A DNA stretch of 60,119 nucleotides, the filler included, from Squatina squatina (taxonomy: Eukaryota), in the NCBI GenBank assembly GCA_031763465.1. It is 3 parts of 3 records of this genome, joined end to end, with 100 filler letters (N's around TTAATTAATTAA, not from the genome) between each part and the next. Parts side by side here need not be neighbours in the genome. Positions count along the whole stretch, not along the records: positions 1 to 30,589 come from JARFOE010000149.1; 2 more parts are not named here. One strand, given 5' to 3'. A program made the translations under genes and the position numbers. Numbering within the stretch: the stretch's first letter is position 1; each line of letters starts with the position of its first letter. Under the pieces are notes generated by a model. It did not search any database, had not been told where the DNA came from, and was given only the letters and a program-made list of their open reading frames with translations. Positions 11,455-21,604 of this stretch are shown piece after piece.

Positions 11455-11541
11455 GTGAGTAATTTTTTTTTCATAGTCACATGAAATACTCTTGCAGCAA
11501 TTAGTGAACTAATACATTGCAATATTTTCTCTGCTACATAG

Positions 11542-11598
11542 GGCCAACAACAACTACAGTGACAGGCACACCTACAACTTCTGAAACTACCATCACAA
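11542..11598 (+). CDS. Mucin-like micro-exon C' (PTTTTVTGTPTTSETTIT)
   Basis: 57 nt, ctgctacatag|...|gtaagt, phase 1-1; ctaat branch-like motif upstream. Confidence 0.8.
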
Positions 11599-11686
11599 GT
11601 AAGTAATGTTTGTTCTCATTGTCACATGAAATCTACTTGCAGCAATTAGTGAATGAATACGTTGTCATATTTTCTCTGCTGCATAG

Positions 11687-11743
11687 GGCCAACAACAACT
11701 ACAGTGACAGGCACACCTACAACTTCTGAAACTACCATCACGA
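11687..11743 (+). CDS. Mucin-like micro-exon D' (PTTTTVTGTPTTSETTIT)
   Basis: 57 nt, ctgctgcatag|...|gtaagt, phase 1-1. Confidence 0.8.
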
Positions 11744-11779
11744 GTAAGTGATGTTTTTCCTGATTGTGACTTGTCTACT

Positions 11780-12233
11780 TGACTGAATCCTGGGATGGCA
11801 GGACTGATGTATGAGGAGAGATTGGGTCGAGTCGGCTTATATTCACTGGCGTTTAGAAGAATGATAGGGGCTCTCATAGAAACCTCTACAGGACCAGACA
11901 GACGAGGTGCAGGGAGGATGTTCCCGATGGCTGGGAATTCCAGACCCTGGTGTCACAGCCTCAGGATACGGGGTATGCCATTTTGAACCGAGATGAGGAG
12001 AAATTTCTTCACTCACAAGGTGGTGAACCTGTGGAATTCTCTACCACAGAAGGGAGTGGAGGCCAATTCATTAAATATATTCAAGAGGGAGATAGATATC
12101 TTTCTTTATGCTTCACGGATCAAGGGATACGGGGAGAAAGCGGGATCAGGGCACTGAATTAATTGATCAGCCATGATCATATTGAATGGCGGAGCAGGCC
12201 CGAAGGTCTGAATGGCCTGCTCCTGCTCCTATT
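11780..12233 (+). mobile_element. CR1 3' fragment within duplication copy 2
   Basis: Paralog of 8775-9250 (MAGLMYEERLGRVGLYSLAFRRM...). Confidence 0.85.
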
Positions 12234-12333
12234 NNNNNNNNNNNNNNNNNNNNNNNNNNNNNNNNNNNNNNNNNNNNNNNNNNNNNNNNNNNNNNNNNNN
12301 NNNNNNNNNNNNNNNNNNNNNNNNNNNNNNNNN

Positions 12334-13798
12334 TGGCCTATGATTCTTCATGATATTTCTGGAGCTGAATCACACCCTTTCCACCACCATCGATGCCCTG
12401 TCCCCACTAAAATCATTGCACTCCCTCACTCCCCAGTATACCCTTCACCTTCACTCGCTTCAGTTAAAGGGATGGAGACTTGAACATCTTTGGTGGGCAA
12501 CTGGTCTAACCATATGTCACCAGATGTGGCTTGGTCATAGAAAGCATTATCTGGTCCTACTCTCCATCAATAAAACTGCCCACTATTCTAAGATCATCCA
12601 TGAAGGTAGAGATAACATCAGGCTGCTTTTCTCCACCACTAATGGTCTTCTCAAACCACCCTCCCCAGCTCCTCCTCACTTCCAACAATAAATGCGAGGA
12701 GCTCATGGATTTTTTTTGTTGAAAGGATTGAGAACATCTGTTCAAATGCCTCTGCTACTTCCCTCCCTTCCCCGTGCCATTGGTCCTTACTTCCCTTCCC
12801 TGTGCCATAGGGCCCTACTTCCTCTCTGTTTTCCCCCTGCCCTAACCCTAAATTTGCATATTTCATATGGTTCTCTCCTATTTCCCTTCCTACCCTTTCA
12901 AAGCATATCTCGTCTGAGACTGACCTCCTGCTCTTTCGACCCTATTTCTGGTAAATTGCTGACCACCCAACTTCCCTTCCTGACGCTTCTGTTAGCGGGT
13001 ATTGTTAATGGTGTTCTCTCCTCTGGTATTGTCTCAGTCTCCTTTAAATCTGCTGTCATCACCCCTCTAAAAAAAAAAAAGCAACCCTTGATCCTTCTGT
13101 CTCCAACCTCCCTTTCCTCTCTAAAGATCTTAAATGTATTGTCGCCTCCCAAATCTTTCTCAGAACTCCTGATCTGAATCCCCCCCAATCAGGCTTCTGT
13201 CCCGCTACAGAACCAAAACTGCTCTTACCAAGGTCACAAATAACATCTTAATTGATGTTACAAAGGTAATCCATCCCTTCTTGTCCTTCTGGACCTGTCT
13301 GCAGCCTTTGACACGGTTGACCAGAAAATTCTGCTCCAACGTCTTTTCACTGTCATCCAGCTGTTTGGGACCACAATCACCTGCAATGGCTTATTTTCCC
13401 AATCCTGCACCATCCCCTCTGGTGTCCCCCAAGAATCTATCCTTGGCCCCCTCCTATTTCTCATTTACATATTGCTCCTCGGTGACATCATCCAGCAACA
13501 GAACTTGAGTTTTCACATGTACGCTGATGAAACCCAGCTCTACCTCTCCTCCACCTCTCTCAAACCCTCCACTGTCTCTATACAATCAGACTGCTTGTCC
13601 AACATCCAGACCTGAATGTGCAAAAATTTCCTCCAATTAAATATTGGGAAGACTGAAGCCATTGTCTTCGGTACAAGCTACAAACTTCATTCTCTTTCCA
13701 CTGATTTGATCTCTCTCCCTGGCAACAGTCTAAGGCTGCCCAAGTCTGTTCGCAACCTTGGTGTCATATTTGATCATGAATTGAGCTTCCTACCTCAT
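12334..13798 (+). mobile_element. L2 LINE ORF2 fragment (degenerate)
   Basis: FKSAVITPLKKK, LDLSAAFDTVD, GVPQESILGP, YADETQLY, FLQLNIGKTE, VRNLGVIFD. Confidence 0.85.
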
Positions 13799-13898
13799 NN
13801 NNNNNNNNNNNNNNNNNNNNNNNNNNNNNNNNNNNNNNNNNNNNNNNNNNNNNNNNNNNNNNNNNNNNNNNNNNNNNNNNNNNNNNNNNNNNNNNNNN

Positions 13899-14097
13899 GC
13901 AGCGAGTGGTTAGGATCTGGAATGCACTGCCTGAGAGGGTGGTGGAGGCAGATTCAATCACTGCTTTCAAAAGGGAATTGGATAAGAAAAAAGTTTGCAG
14001 GGCTACTGGGAATGGGCAAGAGAGAGCTGGCACAGGTTCGATGGACAGAACGGCCTTCTTCTGTGCTGTAACCATTCTAGGTTTCCATGATTCTATG
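13899..14097 (+). mobile_element. CR1 3' end
   Basis: VVRIWNALPERVVEADSITAFKRELD. Confidence 0.8.
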
Positions 14098-15074
14098 ACT
14101 ACACTTCAAATATACTTCAGTGGCTGTAATGTGCTTTGAGACATCCTGAAGTGGTGAAAGGCACTGTATAAATGCAAGGCTTCATTTTCTTTCTTGTAGG
14201 GTGTAGAACCTCAACCCTAACCTTTACAAAGACAGTGACACGAGAGTAGTGGAGCTTAGGGAGGGACTGAAGACTCCTTGGGCGGAGAACATCTGAGCCT
14301 CTGGTCTATCAGAAGGCTAGACTAGGACTGGAGGGTGCTAAGCATCATCATATCAGGCATGCCGGCCTCCTGAAGGAAGCGAGTGGGTGGGAAGGGGTCT
14401 GTGTCACCATGTAAGTTAGCTGGACCTCTGAAGGAGGATGAGATTATTTTTCTAATGTCTCTCTTCATCCCAGTGGGCTGAAAGGGAGTGGGGAGGAGTG
14501 AGATTCTGTTTGGGGCCTCTGTAACCTCCTAAAATCCTCCAAGATCTCTGCATCCCTCTAATTCTCCCCTCTTATTACGCATCTACGATTGCCTTTGCTC
14601 CACCATTGGCGGCCATGCCTTCAGCTGCCTGGGCCCTAAGTTCTGAATTCCTTCCCTAAACCTCTTTACCTCTCTCTCCTCCTTAGGACTTTGTTTTCAA
14701 CAAGTGCAGGGCAATCATTCTCAGAGCAAAATTTTAACTACAATTACCATGATGCAATGCCTGCATTGAGCTCAAACCAGTGGAAGCAGAAACAGAAACT
14801 GCATCTTGGGAAATGTAGTTTACTGTGCTCATTTTATCAGCTCTGTATCTTTATATGTGGTAGGATGGAATAGAATCAGAGGACAAAATACTGACCAATT
14901 GGAATTGTAGTGTGGGACAGTATTCCAGTCAGAAACAACATAGTGGGCCGGACACTGACCTTTCCCCTCGGGTGTGGGTACATTTTCAGCAGAACTGCCT
15001 TCTGGCTATCAATGAGCTTGGGCCGTCTCAACCCAGAGCATGGGCCCAGGGCAAAAACTAACTCTAATTTGAAA

Positions 15075-15475
15075 AAAGAAAGAGTTGCATTTATATAGCG
15101 CCTGTCATTACCTCACAACCTCGGGACATCCCAAAGCACTCTACAGCTAACAAAGTACTTTTTGAAGCATAGTCACTGTTGCAATGTAGGAAAAGTGGCA
15201 GCCAATTTGCACACAAACAACAATGTGATAATGATTAGATAATCTGTTTTCATTGTGTTGATTGAGGGATAACATCCCTGCTCTTCTTTGAAATAATCTC
15301 AAAGGAATTTATATGCCCACCTGAGAGAACAGACTTGGTTTAATGCCTCATCCAAAAGATTGCATTTCCGACAGTGCAGCATTCCCTCAGCACTGCATTG
15401 GGAGTGTCCGCCTAGATTTTTGTGCTCAAGTCTCTGGAGTGGGACTTGATCCACAACCTCCTGACTCAAGAGCTT
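15075..15475 (-). mobile_element. Deu-domain tRNA SINE
   Basis: Same family as 25038-25495. Confidence 0.75.
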
Positions 15476-15638
15476 TACTCTGTATCTAACCCGTGCTGTA
15501 CCTGCCCTGGGAGTGTTTGATGAGACAGTGTAGAGGGANNNNNNNNNNNNNNNNNNNNNNNNNNNNNNNNNNNNNNNNNNNNNNNNNNNNNNNNNNNNNN
15601 NNNNNNNNNNNNNNNNNNNNNNNNNNNNNNNNNNNNNN

Positions 15639-15860
15639 CGAGGGAAGGGAAGGAGGGAGGGAAGGAGGGAAGGGAAGGGAAGGGAAGGAGAGAGAGGGAG
15701 GGATTGAAGAAAAGTGAAGGAGGGAGGGAGGGAAGTGAAGAGAAGGAAGGGAAGGAGGGAGGGAGGGAGGGAAGGGAAGGGAAGGAGGGAGGTAGGGAGG
15801 GAAGGGAAGGGAAGGGAGGGAGGGAAATGGAGGAAAAGGAGGAAGGTAGGTAGATGTAGG
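15639..15860. repeat. Polypurine (GGAA/GGAG/GGGAA) microsatellite
   Basis: Near-pure A/G tract. Confidence 0.9.
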
Positions 15861-16719
15861 AAATGCAGAAGCCAATATGTACACAGCAATCTCCCACAAA
15901 CAGCAATGTGATAATGAGCAGATAATCTGTCAGTAAAAGTAATGGAGAAAATGTCACGTCCATTTGATCAATTTTTATCTCAACCCATTTACTGCTGTTC
16001 GTTTTTAACATAGGCAACATAATGGTTCTGTTGTTATAAAACAGTGTACCTCTGATTCACTGTGAGCAAAACCACAGAGGTCCCACTCGTGTTTCATCAT
16101 TTTTTTTAAATAGTTTAAAATTCAATGTAATTTCAGCCTATAATAAGCAGTCTGATTTCATCATCAAATGATCAAAGAGCTCTCACTACAGCAAGCGACA
16201 TGTAGAAAACATCTAGCTTGAAAGTTGTTTTTCCAAAGTAGATGATTAAAAAAAAGAATCAGTCCTGGGAACTGGACATTGGAGGGAGATAAGTTGTGTC
16301 AAATCTACATATTTCTTTCCAACTTGATTTCTCCCTCCATTTATACACTTTGGAGGAATGTTACATTTCTTAAGAGGAACTTGTGGAGCAGCTGAAAGGA
16401 ACAAACCAATGGGCAGAGAAAATGAATGAGCTGCAATACCTGGAGTGAATGTATGTCAGGAGGTGGTGGGTTGTGAAAAATAAACAGCAGAGGGTAGAGT
16501 ATCTGCTTTGGGTGCAATTGGTGATCTGGGTGCAAATTGTGCCCAAAAGTGTGGTTGTTTTGCAACCATTTATTTGGGTGCGCAGCCCCTTTAACTGGCT
16601 GCGCGGCCTATTCAAACTTCCATGCAATCGCAGCTTAACGGGAACATTTGAGATGTGTTCTTTTTCCCTCGGGTTTCCACTCAAAACTCATTTGCATATC
16701 GTCAAATGTAAAATTAGGG

Positions 16720-17180
16720 AATGGCAGCATAGTGGTTATGTTACGGGGCTAGTAATCCAGAGGCCTGGACGAATGATCCAGAGACGTGAGTTCAAATCCC
16801 ACCACGGCAGCTGGGGAATTTAATTTCAGTTGATTAAATAAAATCTGGAATATAAAAAAAGCTACTATCCGTAATGGTGACCATGAAACTAATTGTCGTA
16901 AAATATCATCTGGTTCACTAATGTCCTTTAGGGAAGGAAATCTACCATCCTTACCCGGTCTGGCTTATATGTGACTCCAGACTCTTAACTGCCCTTTGAA
17001 ATGGCCTAGCAAGCTGCTCAGTTGTAAACAACCACTATGAGAAACAATAATAAGCACCACACGGACTGCAGGGGTTCAAGAAGGTGGCTCACTACCATCT
17101 TCTTAAGGGAAATTCGGGATGGGCAATAAATACTGGCCTTGCCAGCGACGCACACATCCCATGAAAAAATAAAAAAAACT
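16720..17180 (+). mobile_element. tRNA-derived SINE, second family, full length
   Basis: Head tggcagcatagtggtt...gagttcaaatccc (A/B boxes), LINE-like tail, A-rich end; fragments at 4405-5682 and 56768-56852. Confidence 0.75.
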
Positions 17181-17779
17181 CTGCCATCAACCAACGGAAT
17201 TTAAAAATAAATTTTGCTTTAAAACTTTCCTTGCCATATTTAAGGGTGGTAGCTCCATGCAGTTGGATTCATACAACTGAAAATGGGCTTATCACAAAAA
17301 ATAAGCATTTTAATCAGAGTGTTTCCACCACCTGAGTGTCCCAATTTTAAATAACTGAAAATGACTTTGAAATGCTATACAGAACCATTTACTGGCTACA
17401 TTGGTGTACAGTAGTCAGTTTCTTAGTAAATTAAAAAATATATATATATTCAAAAGCTTTTAAAAAGCGCCTATTAGTGTTTTTGCGCCTAAAATTATCA
17501 GCTTAAATGTTAGAGTCTCCTTGAAGGTCTTCAAACAAGCGAAACTAGTGGANNNNNNNNNNNNNNNNNNNNNNNNNNNNNNNNNNNNNNNNNNNNNNNN
17601 NNNNNNNNNNNNNNNNNNNNNNNNNNNNNNNNNNNNNNNNNNNNNNNNNNNNAGGCAGATATATCCTTCCTGAGGTGTGGGTCCCAGAACTGAATATTGT
17701 AGTCTAAGTGGGGTCTGACCAGTGCTTTATGTAAGCTTAACTTCCGTCTTCCAGCCCCCTTGAGATCAAGGCCAAGTGG

Positions 17780-18665
17780 AGCGCCGAGACCGGGGGAGTG
17801 GAGAGGGGGAGAACATGTTTCAGTCAAACTGTACCGTGCCTCCATCTGTGCTCACTCACTCTCTCTCTCTCCTCCCCCAGCAGCCCCAGTCTTCATTCCT
17901 CCTGCCCTGAAGGCGCTGACCCCTTGATGGGCGGTTAGGGTTCCACGGTCCCAGGAATCCAAGTGTCCGTTGCTCGGGCTATTCGACCACGGCGGGTGGC
18001 GCAGCCCACACCGTCTTTCCCCCAACCCCCCCCCCCCGCGCTGNNNNNNNNNNCCACGCAAGGCCGCCAGCAGCTGTCGCTGGGTAACGATCAGGAAAGG
18101 GGGCTGGTTGCCCACCCCACCTCCCTTTTCCCGCCCCCACCGCCCAGGAGCCGGGGATATACCGGCAGCCGCCAAGCTAAGCTGCAGCAATTAGCCTCTA
18201 AGGGAACCAGCTGCGTGCCCAATCAGGCCGCCTTTCCCACAGGGGAGTGCGCGAGCAGTCGCCTTAAAAGGGGCAAGAGCAGGTCGAAAACTGCTCCATC
18301 CGTGCTCCATCAATGAGCAATGCCAGGGGAGGTCAATCAGTCTTTTGCCCCTTTCCTTTCACCATCAACAACTTCCCATATGTGGTGTTGAGAGCTCCAC
18401 CAGTCCCAATCTCCACCCTCTACTCCTCCACCACCCACCGCCAACCCCCCAGCACCTTCCTGGGTGGCTATTTGACCAGGGAAGTCTATAAAGAGACCCA
18501 CAACAAGCAACGCCACGGGAGGCCGGCCGGGGGCCTTTTCTTCTCTCGCGGCGCTAGCGGGCGGTTTACCTTGGGTCGTCTTTGAACATGTTGTGCGTCC
18601 CGTTCCCGGGGTGGACATCCCAGTCGAGAATCAGCCCCCGGGCCAACAGGAGGGGGGGGGGGAAC
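17780..18665. other. GC/CpG-rich segment (CpG-island-like or young GC-rich repeat)
   Basis: Dense CpGs, G/C runs and a CCAAT at ~18219 against an AT-rich background. Confidence 0.45.
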
Positions 18666-19209
18666 AAAGACAACGGCTTCATTCTTCCCAATATTTAGGA
18701 AGGATTATTAACCCACTTATTTTATAATTGCTAATCCCCCGATTAAAATAAAGAACGAAGGCATGGGATATGGACGTGTGAGAAGTTTGTACAATAATGT
18801 TGCAGAGTGTAATCTTTAGCCTACTGCGCCCTTTTCCTTCCTTAATGTTTTCAGGTACATCGAGAATTAATTAATTACATCTTTGCTTTATGTTTCCTCT
18901 TTATTAACTCCACATATATCTTTGGCTTCTGTGGTTCAGGCTATTCTTCCAGGTGAATTTTTGCTCCAAGTTTTCAAGAGTGTTTATTCTTGTCCTGATA
19001 TTCAAGTAAGTTTGACAGTGTATCCAGGACAATGAGCAGGACACTTTTTTTCTGTAGCTTTAGCTTCTGGTACTAGCCCGTGCATCTACAGGATACTCCT
19101 ATTTTCGAGAAGTGGCAGAGTGCCATTGTGTTAGACTTTGTTTCAGGCTTTACTTGTCAAACCAGTTCATTAAACAGTCAGAACACAAGCCAGCAGGTAA
19201 CACTGTCAG

Positions 19210-19672
19210 TGTCAGCCGTGGCTCAGTGGGTAGCACCCTTGCCTCGCAGTCAGAAAGTTGTGGGTTCAAGATGCATTCCAGACACTTGACCTCACAAATC
19301 CAGGCTGACGCTCCAGTGCAGTGCTGAGGGAGCGCTGCACTGTCGGAGGTGCCGTTTTTCGGATGAGACGTTAAACTGAGGCCCCACCTACTCTCTCAGA
19401 TACATGTAAAAGATCCATGGCACTATTTCAAATAAGAGCAGGGGAGTTATCCCTGGTGTCCTGGCCACTATTTATCGCTCAATCAACATCACTAAAACCG
19501 ATTATCTGGTCATTATTGTATTGCTGATTGTGGGAGCTTGTTGTGCTCAAATTAGCTGCCGTATTTCCTACATCACAACAGTGACTGCACTTCAAAATTT
19601 CCTCATTGGCTATATGCTTTGGGGCGTCCGGTGTCATGAAAGGCACTATATAAATACAAGGATTTCCTTCCT
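19210..19672 (+). mobile_element. Deu-domain tRNA SINE (SacSINE1-like), full length
   Basis: gtggctcagtgggtagc (A box), ggttcaagatgc (B box), Deu-like core ggatgagacgttaaactgagg...gatccatggcact...ggtgtcctggcc. Confidence 0.8.
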
Positions 19673-20318
19673 TATATATACTTACAGTGGTAGACAGACT
19701 ACACCATATCCTCATACAAGGAAAAGAAATGGCTCACAAATCGCAATGCTGAACTATGTTATAACTAACTTTTAGAACCATAGAAAAGATACAGCACAGA
19801 AGGGGGCCATTCGGCCCATCGTGTCCGCGCCGGCTCAAAGAACAANNNNNNNNNNNNNNNNNNNNNNNNNNNNNNNNNNNNNNNNNNNNNNNNNNNNNNN
19901 NNNNNNNNNNNNNNNNNNNNNNNNNNNNNNNNNNNNNNNNNNNNNACCTTCTCTGAACCGCCTCCAATGCAAGTATATCGTTCTTTAGATAAGGGGACCA
20001 AAATGGTATGCAGTACTCCAGGCATGGTCTCACCAAAACCCTGTTTTGGAATGTTTTTTCCATTTTTGTTGGCTATTGCATCTTTGGATATTTAAGAGCT
20101 GCAATTTAAGAACATGCCCTATGGAAAGCCACTCACTCTCACAACTTCACCTAATGTTGCTTCCTGAAACTTTGGATCTTTGTCCATTGGGGTAGGTGTA
20201 CCTGTGCTGCTGGTTACGAGAGCGAGTGATGCAGGATGTTATGTGCTCCTGGGCTTATTTTCAAAACTGCCATCTGCTTCTGGGTCTTCCTAGATTTCTG
20301 TATGTTAGCAAGACATAC

Positions 20319-20378
20319 CTTCAAACAGTGTTCACATGGCACAATATGCTTTGGAGTCCAAGGTGTGTCTGTATGTTC
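20319..20378 (-). CDS. Candidate 60-nt exon of unknown gene (EHTDTPWTPKHIVPCEHCLK)
   Basis: Acceptor tttctcttacttag, donor AAG|gtatgt; only frame 0 is open; no recognised homology. Confidence 0.3.
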
Positions 20379-20919
20379 CTAAGTAAGAGAAAGTAAGGAT
20401 AATAAGCAAAGGATGGTACGAGTGGTAAACTTCAACCTCTCCCTGCAGCCCCAGAATTTTCAGCGCACTCTCTGAATTACTTTACGGCCAAAATGTGTGA
20501 GCTGCCCTCCTCTCTGTGCAATATTGCTCATGTCTCACGTATGCCGCCATCTTCTGCATGCAGAAACTAAGTGGAGAAATGTTGGAATTTTCAAAAGCAT
20601 GGTCAATTACATCCAAGTGCCTACCTTACATCCTCACTTGTGCGTGAATGAATGAGCATGCAGTCTGCATCTATCTTTTCTCAAAACCAAGCTTTCCTAA
20701 ATTTGTGTGTGCCAATTGTTGCATATTTCAATGCCACATGTGATATGGACATGCATGCGTATATGTGAAAGAGCTGAGAGGTAGTTTGCACGCTTTTCAT
20801 GCTGCCAAGTGAACCTACGCCAGTTTGAAAGTGAACTCTTTGTGCCATGCATATTGTGGCTAGAAACTTTGTGTGGACAAATGCTGTGTGCTCTTACCAT
20901 GAGTATCTTCCTGAAGTTA

Positions 20920-21142
20920 CCCAACTCACTACCACAGGGAGTGATTGAGATGAATAGCATGGATGCATTTAAGGGGAGGCTAGATAAGTACATGAGGGAG
21001 AAAGCAATAGAAAGATATGGAGATGGGCGAGCTGAAATAAATAGAGTGGGAGAAGGCTTGTGTGGAGCATAAACACTGCTCATCGACTGGTTGGCCTNNN
21101 NNNNNNNTTGGCCTGTATCTGTGCTGTAAATGTTATGTAATC
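20920..21142 (+). mobile_element. CR1 3' end
   Basis: NSLPQGVIEMNSMDAFKGRLDKYMREK. Confidence 0.75.
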
Positions 21143-21514
21143 AGGAAAATAAAATCAGTTTACAGTGGCATCTCCATTATCTGCCTTTTTGAATGGAACC
21201 ATTTGTGAATAACTGAGTCCCCAAATTCTGGACTGACATATGGTACAGCAAAACTCATGGCATGGGATACAGACAAATACAATCGAACAACATAAACACC
21301 TTTGCTGTGCAGAGGCGATTAGTGTTGGTGAACTGTGCAGTGATACTTCTCGTACAAGGCTTTGCCCCATGAACATTTTGTTAGATAATCAAGAAAGTGG
21401 AATGAATGTTTTCCTGAATTAACATGAGCACGTAATTCACTTTTCTTACATGACACTTTTTTGTTCATCAGCCAGATTTCAAAAATATGGCTAAACTGTG
21501 TGCGTTCCCTACAG

Positions 21515-21604
21515 GTCAGTTTCTGGATTGTCCGAGAGATCCTGACTGCTCAGACGTTGAAAATAAGAGCAGAAATATTGAGCCATTTTGTAAAACTAGC
21601 TAAG
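21515..21604 (+). CDS. RALGPS1: RasGEF (CDC25) domain exon (90 nt, [30 protein letters not shown])
   Basis: Acceptor ttccctacag, donor AAG|gtaaga, phase 0-0. Matches recalled RALGPS1 ([19 protein letters not shown]) better than RALGPS2. Confidence 0.88.

Larger units (their letters stand above)
10418..12233. repeat. Local segmental duplication, copy 2 (runs into gap)
   Basis: Collinear with 7420-9243, including the four exon units and the CR1 fragment. Confidence 0.92.

Noticed and set aside
15299-16020. Pro/Ser/Leu-rich ORFs
   Set aside because: Translation of the polypurine microsatellite across a gap.
16341-16450. Coding-like stretch YTLEECYIS*EELVEQLKG...
   Set aside because: In-frame stop, no clean splice sites, no recognised homology.
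19210-19290. tRNA gene
   Set aside because: It is the tRNA-derived head of a SINE, continuing into the Deu core and tail; the same applies at 9395 and 16720.
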